64,000 nucleotides of DNA from Alphaproteobacteria bacterium (GTDB lineage Bacteria; Pseudomonadota; Alphaproteobacteria; UBA2966). Both the position numbers and the translations under genes were made by a program. Under the pieces are notes generated by a model. The model made no database searches and was not told the origin of the DNA. It saw only the letters and a program-made list of their open reading frames with translations. The stretch is from the NCBI GenBank assembly GCA_964291395.2, contig OZ219856.1, positions 2,368,001 to 2,432,000 on the forward strand. The letters run 5' to 3'. Every line of letters starts with the position of its first letter. Positions within the stretch are counted from its first letter, which is position 1. This document shows positions 10,354-20,345 of this stretch, one piece after another.

Positions 10354-10484
10354 GCATGGTTGGTCCCACCGTAGGGCTTGGCAAGCTTCATGGCATCACG
10401 GTTCCGTGAAATCGCGTTCCGAAAGACGCCTCGATGTGCCTTGACGCGGCCGAGGCAGCAGCCCGACATTCTTGGTGAACGGCG

Positions 10485-11627
10485 GTGAGCGCGGAGGAAA
10501 ACTTGGCGGAACGGGTTGAGTGTGTCGTCGTGGGAGCCGGCGTGATCGGACTCGCGATCGCCCGGCATCTGGCAATGCGCGGCCGGGAAGTCATCGTGCT
10601 GGAAAAGCAGGACGCCATCGGCACCGAAGTGAGCTCACGCAACAGCGAAGTCATTCACGCCGGGATTTACTACCCGAAGGACAGCCTCAAAGCTCGACTG
10701 TGCATAGCAGGAAAGCACCTGCTGTATGAGTTCTGCGCGGATCACGGCGTCGCCCACCGACGGATCGGCAAGCTCATCGTTGCCGTGACCGACGAGGAAC
10801 TCGACGGTCTGAGCGATGTTCGCGCAGCCGCGCATCGCAATGGCGTGACCGATGTGGAATATATGACGCCCGGGCAGGTTCGGGAATTCGAACCCGCGAT
10901 ACGTTGTGTCGGCGCGCTGATTTCCCCCTCCACCGGAATCATTGACAGTCACGGTTTGATGTTGGCGCTGCAGGGCGATGCCGAAGAACATGGGACGATG
11001 ATTGCCTTCTTGAGTCATCTGACTCGGGGCACGGTCGACGCCGACGGCTTCAGCCTCGAAATCCAGACCGGCGGCGACCCGTCATCGCACGAGTCACTTA
11101 CCGTCGAGTGCGAGATTCTGATCAATTCGGCGGGCTTGGGAGCACAGAAGGTCGCCCGGGGAATCTCGGGCATGCCCACCGACTCCATTCCACCACTGCA
11201 TCTCGCGCGGGGCTGCTACTTCACGATGAGCGGGGCTTCGCCGTTCCGTCACCTAATTTACCCAATGCCCGACCACGCCAGCCTCGGCGTCCACGTGACA
11301 CTGGATATCGGCGGCCAAGCCAGGTTCGGCCCGGATGTCGAGTGGATCGACACCATCGACTATGACGTGGATCCAGGGCGTGGAGAAGCTTTCTACACAG
11401 CCGTCCGCCGCTACTATCCAGGCCTGCCCGACGGGGCCCTCCAGCCCGGTTATTCCGGCATTCGCCCAAAGATTCAGGCGGCTGGCGAGCCGGCAGCGGA
11501 TTTCGTCATCCAGGGACCGCAGAGTCACGGCGTACCGGGGCTGGTAAACTTGTTCGGTATGGAATCACCCGGACTCACGGCCGCCCTCGCCGTCGCGGAA
11601 CACGTGTCCCGGCTGCTGGAGATCTAA
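10485..11627 (+). CDS. FAD-dependent oxidoreductase, L-2-hydroxyglutarate oxidase (LhgO)-like
   Basis: [32 protein letters not shown]. Confidence 0.88.
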   Translation: MSAEENLAERVECVVVGAGVIGLAIARHLAMRGREVIVLEKQDAIGTEVSSRNSEVIHAGIYYPKDSLKARLCIAGKHLLYEFCADHGVAHRRIGKLIVAVTDEELDGLSDVRAAAHRNGVTDVEYMTPGQVREFEPAIRCVGALISPSTGIIDSHGLMLALQGDAEEHGTMIAFLSHLTRGTVDADGFSLEIQTGGDPSSHESLTVECEILINSAGLGAQKVARGISGMPTDSIPPLHLARGCYFTMSGASPFRHLIYPMPDHASLGVHVTLDIGGQARFGPDVEWIDTIDYDVDPGRGEAFYTAVRRYYPGLPDGALQPGYSGIRPKIQAAGEPAADFVIQGPQSHGVPGLVNLFGMESPGLTAALAVAEHVSRLLEI

Positions 11628-11647
11628 ACCGCCAGAGAGGATCGCGC

Positions 11648-12100
11648 ATGGCCATCCGCGTATTGGGACTCGACCACGTCGTGTTGAGGGTTCGAGACAT
11701 GCCCGCGTCTCTTTCCTTCTATTGCGATGTCCTCGGATGCCGCATCGAGCGGGAAGTCGAAAGTATCGGCCTCGTCCAGCTTCGCGCCGGCCGATCTCTG
11801 ATCGATCTAGTGGATGCCGCAGGGGAACTCGGCCGAAAGGGTGGAGAAGCGCCCGGACCAGAAGGCCGGAATCTGGATCACTTCGCGCTGCGCATCGAGA
11901 CATTCGATGAAGTACAAATCCGTGCATGGCTCGCCGAGCACGGGGTCGACGCGGGCGTGGCAAAGGATCGCTTCGGCGCCGAAGGTACCGGGCCATCGTT
12001 CTACATCCGGGACCCGGACGGCAATGTCATCGAACTCAAAGGCCCAGCCACGACGGGAAGGCCGGGCTCAGACCCTGGGTCCGACTCCGATTCGAGCTGA
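11648..12100 (+). CDS. VOC/glyoxalase family protein
   Basis: LDHVVLRV, FYCDVLG, DHFAL, DPDGNVIEL. Confidence 0.9.
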   Translation: MAIRVLGLDHVVLRVRDMPASLSFYCDVLGCRIEREVESIGLVQLRAGRSLIDLVDAAGELGRKGGEAPGPEGRNLDHFALRIETFDEVQIRAWLAEHGVDAGVAKDRFGAEGTGPSFYIRDPDGNVIELKGPATTGRPGSDPGSDSDSS

Positions 12101-12182
12101 CCCCGGTTGCCGAACGCAAACCGCGACATGGACGGACGCGAAGGCCGGAAGCTGACGGCAGCCCTCGCGAACCACGCCGCGC

Positions 12183-12773
12183 TCAAGTCCGGCTGAAAAT
12201 CCTCTTGAGCTCCCTGATCAACGCCGACCACGCACTTCGGACTACGAGACTCAGGCCCGAGATGGGCGCCGCCGGCGCCGGCGGCGTTTTGTCTTGAATA
12301 CCGGGAGTGGAGGTCTGGCCCGCGACCGCGATCTTCTCGTGGAGCGATTCCGCAAACCGGCCCACGAGGTGATTGGCAAGCTCGTTGATCATGCCGGCGC
12401 CGCGGCCGTACTGGGCTACCGAACCCGACAGGTTCAAGTCCGTGTCAATGACCACCCTGGTTCCCTGTTCCGTGGGCTCCAGCCGGAACGTCATGTCAGC
12501 GGCCGCCCCGCCTCGGCCCTTGCTATCGGTGCCCTGCGCCGACACGCGCGCCCGGTAAGCCTCCGAATCCATCTCGTCGAAGCGCGCGGTTCCATCGAAC
12601 GTGAGGGTGACGGGTCCCAGTCTGACCGTCACGTTCCCGCGATAGGCGTCGCCATCGAGAACTTCCGTCAATTGGGCGCCTGGCATGCAGGGCGCGATTC
12701 CCTCGATGTCCGTGAGCAGCTCCCACGCCTGGGGCACCGGTACGGCGACGTCGAAAGAGCTTTGGATGCGCAA
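12183..12773 (-). CDS. SRPBCC/CoxG family protein
   Basis: IAPCMPGA, VRLGP, LSGSVAQYGRG; TTG start at 12773 after GGAGG. Confidence 0.85.
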   Translation of the reverse strand: MRIQSSFDVAVPVPQAWELLTDIEGIAPCMPGAQLTEVLDGDAYRGNVTVRLGPVTLTFDGTARFDEMDSEAYRARVSAQGTDSKGRGGAAADMTFRLEPTEQGTRVVIDTDLNLSGSVAQYGRGAGMINELANHLVGRFAESLHEKIAVAGQTSTPGIQDKTPPAPAAPISGLSLVVRSAWSALIRELKRIFSRT

Positions 12774-12978
12774 GGAGTCCTCCGGGCCATGAACCAACAG
12801 CGATCGTCGCGGCTAACAATATTTCGTCCCATGGCCGGGAAGCGAGTGAAAATTTCGACCTCGCAGTCACTCGGGCAACGTTCCTGCAACTTTCGTCACG
12901 ATTTCGTTAATTCATTGAAAATCAAGAGTTTTCGCTTATCTGGTCAGACGTCGGGTATCGGCAGAGCGGAGGCGCGTC

Positions 12979-14103
12979 ATGTCCACAGCTTCTTCCATGA
13001 ACGTTCCCGGATACGAGCAGGTCGTCGGTTGCCAGGACCCCGCCAGCGGCCTGCGCGCCATCATCGCAATTCACGACACGACGCTCGGCCCGGCCCTCGG
13101 CGGCTGCCGTATGTACGCTTACGACGACGAAGAACAGGCGCTGGACGATGTCCTACGCCTCTCGCGCGGCATGACCTACAAGTCGGCAATGGCCGAACTG
13201 CCGTTTGGCGGCGGCAAGGGTGTCATCATCGGCAACCCCCGCGAGCACAAGTCGGAAAAGCTTCTCAAGACGTTCGGCCGCTTTGTCGATAGCCTCGATG
13301 GCCGCTACATCACGGCCGAAGACATGGGTACGTCCGCCGCGGACATGGAAATCATCCGCACGCAAACGCGGCATGTCGCCGGACTCCCCGAGCGGAGCGG
13401 CGACCCCTCCTCCGCCACGGCATGGGGCGTATTCCAGGGTATCCGCGCGGCGGTTCGCCATGTCTTCGGCTGGGAGTCCCTGGAGGGTCTTACGGTCGCC
13501 ATACAGGGCGTCGGCAACGTGGGTGGGCACTTGGCCGACATGCTGTCGCTCGCCGGCGCACGTCTGATCGTCACCGACATCAACGAGGATGCCGCGCACG
13601 AAGTCGCATCGCGGACCTTCGCGCGCGCGGTCGCCCCTGACGACATCTTCGACACGGACGCCGACGTGTTCGCTCCCTGCGCGATGGGTGCGGTTCTGAA
13701 CGACGAGACGATCCCGCGCCTCAACGTCAGGATCGTGGCCGGCTCCGCCAACAACCAGCTTGCGGAAGACCGGCATGCCGATTCACTCATCGATCGCGAC
13801 ATCCTCTACACGCCCGACTATGTCATCAATGCCGGCGGCATCATCAATATCCACTACGAGAAGCCCGCTTACGATCGTCAGGCGGCCTTCGCCCATGTCG
13901 CAGGAATCTACGACACCCTGGTCGACCTGTTCCGGCGTGCCAAAGCAGAAGGCGTCAGCCCGCAACTGATGGCCGGCCGCATGGCCGAGGAGCGCCTAGC
14001 AACTGCGCGTCACGACGGTTTGACGACGGAGAAGATCGCGGCGGTCGGTCAGATCAACCCGATCTCACTCAAATCCATCGCCATTTCTTCGGGAATGTCC
14101 TGA
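12979..14103 (+). CDS. leucine dehydrogenase (Glu/Leu/Phe/Val dehydrogenase family)
   Basis: HDTTLGPALGGCR, GMTYK, GGGKG, TAEDMG, GVGNVG, GSANNQL, INAGG. Confidence 0.92.
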   Translation: MSTASSMNVPGYEQVVGCQDPASGLRAIIAIHDTTLGPALGGCRMYAYDDEEQALDDVLRLSRGMTYKSAMAELPFGGGKGVIIGNPREHKSEKLLKTFGRFVDSLDGRYITAEDMGTSAADMEIIRTQTRHVAGLPERSGDPSSATAWGVFQGIRAAVRHVFGWESLEGLTVAIQGVGNVGGHLADMLSLAGARLIVTDINEDAAHEVASRTFARAVAPDDIFDTDADVFAPCAMGAVLNDETIPRLNVRIVAGSANNQLAEDRHADSLIDRDILYTPDYVINAGGIINIHYEKPAYDRQAAFAHVAGIYDTLVDLFRRAKAEGVSPQLMAGRMAEERLATARHDGLTTEKIAAVGQINPISLKSIAISSGMS

Positions 14104-14483
14104 TCCCGACTCTTGGGATCGAGGTCGTTTGGAGCATGTTCGGGCTTCAGGTACCGCCAGCCCTGATGGGGCCGGCGGGGTTGAGGCTCGGTCCGTATCA
14201 ACTCCGGATCGAACACAATGTCGCAACGCGGAACACCGTCTCTTCCGATCACGGCCTCCAGTCCGATGATGCGTTGCCGGACTCGAACGAATCGCTTGAT
14301 AATCCAATACATCGAACCGCCGCCAAGCACATCCGCTTCCCGCCGGGGCATGTGACGCGTCCGATGCCACAGCCTGTCGCCCAACCCCTGCGCCAGCGAT
14401 TGTTCGATCCTGGCGGACTGCACCTGCCTCAGATGTTCAACATCCTCAATTCCGACACACATCTTCAGCAGGTGAACGACCAT
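14049..14483 (-). CDS. DUF1489 family protein
   Basis: HLLKMCVG, TRHMPRR, GGSMYWIIK, QGWRYL. Confidence 0.88.
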   Translation of the reverse strand: MVVHLLKMCVGIEDVEHLRQVQSARIEQSLAQGLGDRLWHRTRHMPRREADVLGGGSMYWIIKRFVRVRQRIIGLEAVIGRDGVPRCDIVFDPELIRTEPQPRRPHQGWRYLKPEHAPNDLDPKSRDQDIPEEMAMDLSEIGLI

Positions 14484-14524
14484 CGTGGGAGTGCCTTCTA
14501 CCACAAATTCGAGGTACAGCGGAG

Positions 14525-15922
14525 TCAGTCAAGGTAACCGAGCATCGACCACCAGAGAAAATCGAGCGGGAGCAGCACGACCATCGTAATCACGGCGAGC
14601 AGAAGGCAGAAACGCGACGTGACCGCCAGTCCCAATCCCGTGACCTGGGCCGCAACGAGGAGCGGCGGCAACTGATAGGGAAGAATCACCGTCGAGTAGG
14701 CAACGGCCTGGGTCATGAGAACGACGTCCAGCGACATTCCCGTGGCCTCGGAAACGCCACCAGCCAGGGGGATCATGACCGCGGGAATGCCGACCACGGT
14801 CGCCGCCAGCCCGACGCCGACCGACGCCGCAACCAAGGAGATCAGAGTTTTTCCTTGATCTCCAGGCGACAGATCCGCCGCTTCCAGCATGGCCTGGCCC
14901 AAGTACTCTCCGATACCGCTGTGGGCGACTAGCCCCGCAATCCCCAGGATCCCCGCGGTCGTAAACATGGGCGTGAAGTTGATCTTGGTCGCGAAGGCAG
15001 CCGGGGGTAGCACGCCGGTACCCGGCATCAGGCACAAGAACGCGGCCCCCAGAGCAATCCAGCCAGGTGATATGTGATGCAGAAAATCGAAAATCCAGAG
15101 CAGGAGCGCGGCACCCACGATGGCGGCCAGTCGCCGCTCCGCATTTCCAAGTGACTTCGGCGGGAGGGGCAGAGGCCTGTCTTCCTGCCTTTCCACGACA
15201 TGTTGTCGCGGCGTTTCGCGGTAGAGGAGCCAGACCAGCGTTACGATGATGACGCACTTGAGAAAACCGAGCACGGGGAAGTGGAGCAGCATGTATTCGG
15301 CGTAGGACAGATACACGCCGTATTGGGACTCGATGCCGCCCATGAGAACGACGTTGGGCACGTTCGCGGGCAAGATCGTGAACCCCGGAAAAATGGCGCA
15401 AAACGAAAAGGTGATGAGAATCCCGGTGCGACCGCGCGTCCCTTCGACGAATCCGAACCGGTCCGCGACCGCCATCACGAGAGGAACGAACACGACGATG
15501 CGTCCCATTCCGGACGGGATGAGGAAAGTCGTGGCAAGGCCCATGACGGCCAGACCGACGATGATCGTCAGATACGAGGGACGAAGCCGTGACGCAATGG
15601 CATGCGCGATGCGGGCCCCCAAACCGGTTTCGCCAACCGCGACACTGATCACCAGCCCGCCGAACACCAGCCAAAACGCCGCGGAGTGAAAACCTGAAAA
15701 GATGACGCTGGCCGGCGCCACGGTGAACAGCATGGCGATCAGGAAATAGAGGACGGCGGTGACGTGCTCCGGAAACAACCCACCCGCGAACAGACCGAGG
15801 GCGAAGACGCTGAGCGCCGCGGCGCGCGTCATTTCGGGAGTGAATGCGTCCGGCGGCCAAGCCAAAAGAGCGAGAGACGCCACCGCCGCCGGCACGGCAA
15901 TCAGCTTCTGCCAGTCAGCCAT
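14525..15922 (-). CDS. SLC13/DASS family permease
   Basis: Multi-TM protein with FWLVFGG, LPANVPN and PYQ motifs. Confidence 0.85.
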   Translation of the reverse strand: MADWQKLIAVPAAVASLALLAWPPDAFTPEMTRAAALSVFALGLFAGGLFPEHVTAVLYFLIAMLFTVAPASVIFSGFHSAAFWLVFGGLVISVAVGETGLGARIAHAIASRLRPSYLTIIVGLAVMGLATTFLIPSGMGRIVVFVPLVMAVADRFGFVEGTRGRTGILITFSFCAIFPGFTILPANVPNVVLMGGIESQYGVYLSYAEYMLLHFPVLGFLKCVIIVTLVWLLYRETPRQHVVERQEDRPLPLPPKSLGNAERRLAAIVGAALLLWIFDFLHHISPGWIALGAAFLCLMPGTGVLPPAAFATKINFTPMFTTAGILGIAGLVAHSGIGEYLGQAMLEAADLSPGDQGKTLISLVAASVGVGLAATVVGIPAVMIPLAGGVSEATGMSLDVVLMTQAVAYSTVILPYQLPPLLVAAQVTGLGLAVTSRFCLLLAVITMVVLLPLDFLWWSMLGYLD

Positions 15923-16676
15923 CGGTACCTAACGCGGCAGAGATTGCAACCAAGCATTACCATCCTGCCAAACTTGGGCCGCTTCCCGGCCTCCGCGGCG
16001 GTTCAAGACCGGAGCGAGACGACGGCGCGCGATACCCATCTTGTCGGGCGATCCCCCGAAACCCACAGCTAACCAAATCGCCACCAGGATTGTGAAGACC
16101 GCCGGGCAGACTTCGTTGGTCCCAATGCCTTCCAAGCTGTAGTCAGGCCTGCGGCTGGTTGGAATCCTCGGTTTCGAAGACGTCTCCTCCCGAACCCGCC
16201 TACGCAACGGTCGCCCGTTGTTTTCTGACCACAGAAGGGGAAGCACCCTACGAGTACGCTTGCGGAAACGTGGCTCCCGTGACGTGTCCGTGAACGCGGA
16301 GCAGATGCCACGGTGCGCAATGAGCCAGTCTGTAGGGCTTTCCCTCGTCGCTCATGGCATTGCCTTCCGTCCCTCGCGGTAGGCGACCTGCCGATCCCGG
16401 CGGCGCCGGAGAGCCCGCAGGTATTGCCGCGGGGCGGCCCGAGTGCCGGGCTCGGGCACGGCCTCCCTGGCACGGGCCTTGAGCAGGTGCACGACGCGTT
16501 CCCTCGCGGCGTGGCGCTACCGGCCCGCTGGGACGGTGTACCCGCCACAGGGCGGACGTGACTTGTGCCAGGTAGCGGGCGGCCCGGCTGCGACCCGGGC
16601 GGGCCTGCAGCGGCGCCGTGGACACCGCCGTCTGCTCGGTCGATGCACTCCGCGCACTCCCCCTTCGGGCAGCACC

Positions 16677-19157
16677 TCAGAACCGCATGTTGAGAGTTAC
16701 GAAGAGGGTGCGTCCCCAGCCGGCCGCGCGCGGCCCGTCGGTCGCGGAGGGGTTCGCGGTGTTCGTGGAGAGCTTCGCGTCGGTGACGTTGTAAACGCCC
16801 GCGGTCAGCCGCGTATCTTCGAGCCCCAGCGGCTCTCTCCAGTCGAGCGTCAAGTCGTGGCCCGTCCAGGATTCGAAGCGTCCGTCGTCCCACCGGTTCT
16901 CGATCTCGTCGCGGTAGTTCACGGCCCAGAAGGCGGTGAGGTCACCGCGCCCGGCCGAGGTGACGATGCGCACGGCGTTGCGCGGAAGCGGGTACGGCCG
17001 CTTCTCGCCTGCGATGCGTTCCTCGGTGCTGGTGACGTAGCGCCAGAACCCGCGCATGGCGACGAAACCCCAGCCGGTCTTCATGCGAGCCCCGAACCGG
17101 GTGTTGAGTCCCGAAATGTCGACCTCGACGACGTTCGCGAAACGGTCGTGGATGGTGATGTCTCCGGCCGCGCGCTCGATGCAGTTGCTGCCACCGCCCG
17201 GCGGGCACTCGGGGCGATTCAGCATCGACCAGGTCGCGTCGTGCTGCCCCGGCAAATCCGAGGTCGTGAGCCAGTACCAGTCGGCGACGAGGTAGAACGG
17301 CCCCCTACGGGCCTCGGCGCCGACGGAGCGCCTGTCGGATCTTGACGGCTCGAGTTCGGGGCTGCCGCTCGTGCGTCGCGTCACCTGCCGGTAGTCCGCC
17401 GTGTCGCAGGTGCGCGGCGGCGGCCCGCTCTCCGGGACGCAACGGACATAGGGATGGTCCTGCGCCGCGGTGCTGTGCAGGTGGTGCATCGAGGGCGCCT
17501 GGTCGCCCGTGCTCCACGAGCCGCGCAGCGTCACGATATCGGTCGGGCGGTACTCGGCCCCGAGGCGCCACGCGCGCAGCCCGCCGACGTCGTCGTACTC
17601 GTCGGCCCGCGCCGCGGCTCTCACATCCACGGTGTCGGCGAGGGGCAGGGACACCTCGGCGAAGGCTCCCGCCGCCTCGCGCTCGCCGGCGTAGCTGGTG
17701 CCGCCCGACCCGAGCACCCCGTCGACGTCGCGGGTCCGGCCGTCCCTCGCCCGAAACGCCAGCAGCCTGTGGGCCTCCGCGTCGGCGAGTTGAACCCCCG
17801 CGGTCCATGCCGTGTCGCGCCCGCCGATGCCCGGACCGGCGCCCTCGAGCGCGAGACGCGCGCCCAGATACCTTCCGCCGAAGTCCTCCTCCTCGCGCAG
17901 GCTGCTGCTCTCGATCGCTCTCAGGTGGTCCGGTTCCACCGACAGCGGATCGGTCAGATCGTACCTTCCGGCCGCGATCTCGTGCCTGATGGCCTCGGCG
18001 TCCACGAAGGTATCGCCCCTCACGGAGCCGTCGAGCCTCCAGGCTTCGATGCGGGCGTCGTAGCCGAGGCGTTCGGTGAGCCGGCCCTCGACGCTTGCCG
18101 AGACGTCGTACTCCTCGAAGTCCGTCCTCCAGTCTCGGTTGCCATGGGCGATGAAGCGGTGGCCGACCGCGAAGATGTCCTCGCTCGTCGCCTCGAACGC
18201 CGGGTCGGCCTCGCGCGCCGATGTGTTGATGGCGTCGAGCAGACTCTCGCTCGGGGCGACCGAGAAGACATCGACCGACGGAGCGTAGCGGAACGCCGAG
18301 CGTCCCTGCGTGACGTTTGCGTCCATGCGGAGCTCGGCGCGCTCTCCGAGCGGGTGATCGAGGTTCAGGATTGCGTTCCTCTGGTCGTAGCTCGCGCTGT
18401 CCCACCAGAAGTCGCCATAGGCGAACCCGCAGCCCTTGTCGCCCGAGTCGATCCCGGGCGGGTTGCTGAGCGGGCCGGTGTAGCCGCGCGCCGGGTCGCA
18501 CTCGCCGAGCGCCACGGCTCTCAGCTCGTCCGCGCTCCTGTCGAAGATGTAGACGGTGTTACCACCGACGCTCACGTTCCTCGCCTCGGCGAAGCTCCCG
18601 CCTTCTGCCCACTCCGAACGGCTGTGCTCTCGGGTCCTGCCGGCGATCCTCTCGCGGTCGAGGACGTCGACGCCGACGGTCAACCGTCCGCCGGCGCCGA
18701 TCGCGCCGCCCCATACGACGCTGCCCTGGCGCGCGTCGCCGCCGTCGCGGCTCGGCATTCGGGCGACGGTACGCACGTCGAAGCCGTCCAGATCCTTCCT
18801 CAGCACGAGGTTGAATCCACCGCGTACCGCGGCGTGGCCGCCAATCGTCCCCAGACTCTCGGCTCGTAACACCTCGATGCGCTCGACCGCCGAAAGCGGG
18901 AGGGAGTCCAGATCGTGCCCGGTCGTGGCGTAGGGCCGCCCGTTCACCAGGACGAGCAGGTCGCGCCCTCCGGTGAAGAAGTAGCGAATGATGCCCGTGT
19001 CGAGCATCTCGCCGAACGTCTGGGCGCCGGAGCGCTCGATGAAGCTGCGGTCGTACTCGGCGATGATCTGCGGGGCTGGCGCCAGCGCGCCGGCATGGAC
19101 GTGACCCGCCGCGAGAATGGCGGCCGCAGCGAGCGTCGCGAGGACCTTTCTCATCAT
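16677..19157 (-). CDS. TonB-dependent outer membrane receptor (atypical short N-terminus)
   Basis: Signal peptide; plug motifs LVLVNGR, DLDSLPLSAVERIEVL, NLVLRK; barrel end GVYNVTD...GRTLFVTLNMRF with terminal Phe. Confidence 0.88.
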   Translation of the reverse strand: MMRKVLATLAAAAILAAGHVHAGALAPAPQIIAEYDRSFIERSGAQTFGEMLDTGIIRYFFTGGRDLLVLVNGRPYATTGHDLDSLPLSAVERIEVLRAESLGTIGGHAAVRGGFNLVLRKDLDGFDVRTVARMPSRDGGDARQGSVVWGGAIGAGGRLTVGVDVLDRERIAGRTREHSRSEWAEGGSFAEARNVSVGGNTVYIFDRSADELRAVALGECDPARGYTGPLSNPPGIDSGDKGCGFAYGDFWWDSASYDQRNAILNLDHPLGERAELRMDANVTQGRSAFRYAPSVDVFSVAPSESLLDAINTSAREADPAFEATSEDIFAVGHRFIAHGNRDWRTDFEEYDVSASVEGRLTERLGYDARIEAWRLDGSVRGDTFVDAEAIRHEIAAGRYDLTDPLSVEPDHLRAIESSSLREEEDFGGRYLGARLALEGAGPGIGGRDTAWTAGVQLADAEAHRLLAFRARDGRTRDVDGVLGSGGTSYAGEREAAGAFAEVSLPLADTVDVRAAARADEYDDVGGLRAWRLGAEYRPTDIVTLRGSWSTGDQAPSMHHLHSTAAQDHPYVRCVPESGPPPRTCDTADYRQVTRRTSGSPELEPSRSDRRSVGAEARRGPFYLVADWYWLTTSDLPGQHDATWSMLNRPECPPGGGSNCIERAAGDITIHDRFANVVEVDISGLNTRFGARMKTGWGFVAMRGFWRYVTSTEERIAGEKRPYPLPRNAVRIVTSAGRGDLTAFWAVNYRDEIENRWDDGRFESWTGHDLTLDWREPLGLEDTRLTAGVYNVTDAKLSTNTANPSATDGPRAAGWGRTLFVTLNMRF

Positions 19158-19213
19158 GGGTTCCCTCTTTCGTTCGTGTTTCGGGAGTGCCGACGGCGTC
19201 GGAAGCCTACAAT

Positions 19214-19420
19214 TCACTCGTGAAGTATAATTCTATCGGTAGGCCACACTTCACGAAATCGGCTATGGCTCTCACACCACGACGCGGCAGCCGGAGATAG
19301 CCGACCCGTGATCCGCAGAATGTTGGCGTAGTGTTTGTCGGGATTCCGGCGCAGGGTCGGCTCGTGGTGAGCGATCCGGTTTCGCAAGGTCCGGATCGGG
19401 GTCAGCGGACCGGACAGGGA
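19214..19420 (-). pseudogene. C-terminal remnant of Abi-family (HEPN) protein
   Basis: SGPLTPIRTLRNRIAHHEP...HYANILRITGRLSPAAASWC contains the RNxxxH HEPN motif. No recognisable N-terminal part upstream. Confidence 0.7.
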
Positions 19421-19682
19421 AAGGGGGCGGGGCGAATATCCATCTTTATTGGTTCGGGCGGTATGATCTCTCCCAAGATGATCTCGGTGGAGCCTCCCTT
19501 GCCGGTATCTCATAAGGGTTCGCGATTTTCCTGTTGAGCATCGTATCCATTGCGCCGGTGGCCTGCTAGGATCGGCCACTTCCAACACGAGCTCCAGCCT
19601 GCCGACCGTCGAGAACCTCGTTCTCGCCGGCTGACACCATGACGGGGCGGCCGCCCCGCCCGAACATCGCGGAGAGCACGCA

Positions 19683-19874
19683 TTGCCCCGAAAGCCGAAC
19701 TACAGTTTCGAGCGGCGCCAGCGGGAACTGGCGAAAGCCGAGAAGAAGGCGGCGCGGCTGGAAGCCCGGGCCAAGAAACGGGAACGGCAAGCGGCCGAAC
19801 GCCGGTCCAGTGAAAACGACGGTCAGGCCGGTGAAGATCCTCCAGAGGGCGAGGAGAAGTCACGCCAGGGGTGA
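19683..19874 (+). CDS. small basic coiled-coil hypothetical protein
   Basis: TTG start after GGAGAG; MPRKPNYSFERRQRELAKAEKKAAR resembles a recurring small proteobacterial family. Confidence 0.7.
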   Translation: MPRKPNYSFERRQRELAKAEKKAARLEARAKKRERQAAERRSSENDGQAGEDPPEGEEKSRQG

Positions 19875-20345
19875 ACCCATGCACCCAAGGTGCACCGAGC
19901 CGCAACCAGCCGATCTTCTTCTCCAGACAGATACCGTTAGAGCTGTGTGGTCCGGATCTCGGCGCGACCGTGAAACGGAATGGCTAAACGTGTTTCAGGA
20001 GCGCCAGAGGCCTCCGGCGGCTCCTTGACGCCCTTGAGGTCGGCCGGAACCCTGATATCACGGCTGACGATGCGGCTGTTCATGTCGGCCGGCTCGAGCG
20101 ACGCCACAGCCGACATGCGGCAGGGCCACGCCGCCGCGACCGCGTCTTCATAACGTCATAACGTCCCGCGTCCGGCTCGCCGAACAGGATGGCAAGAATG
20201 GTCGGGTGCCGGCGACACCTGATTTGTCCGTGCCCGGGTCGCATGCGAGCCGTCCGGTAAAGTATCCCCGGACATGAGATGAAGCGCCGGTCGCCTTCAA
20301 ACGTGGCGGCGGACCCACCGGCCGCTTCGCGGCCTCCCTGGCGGC

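Noticed and set aside
16468-16484. sigma54-like TGGCAC-N5-TTGA
   Set aside because: The -12 GC is missing and there is no downstream plus-strand gene, so it is not called as a feature.
16443-18869. Several long Arg/Gly/Pro-rich ORFs overlapping the receptor gene
   Set aside because: Alternative-frame artefacts of very high GC content.
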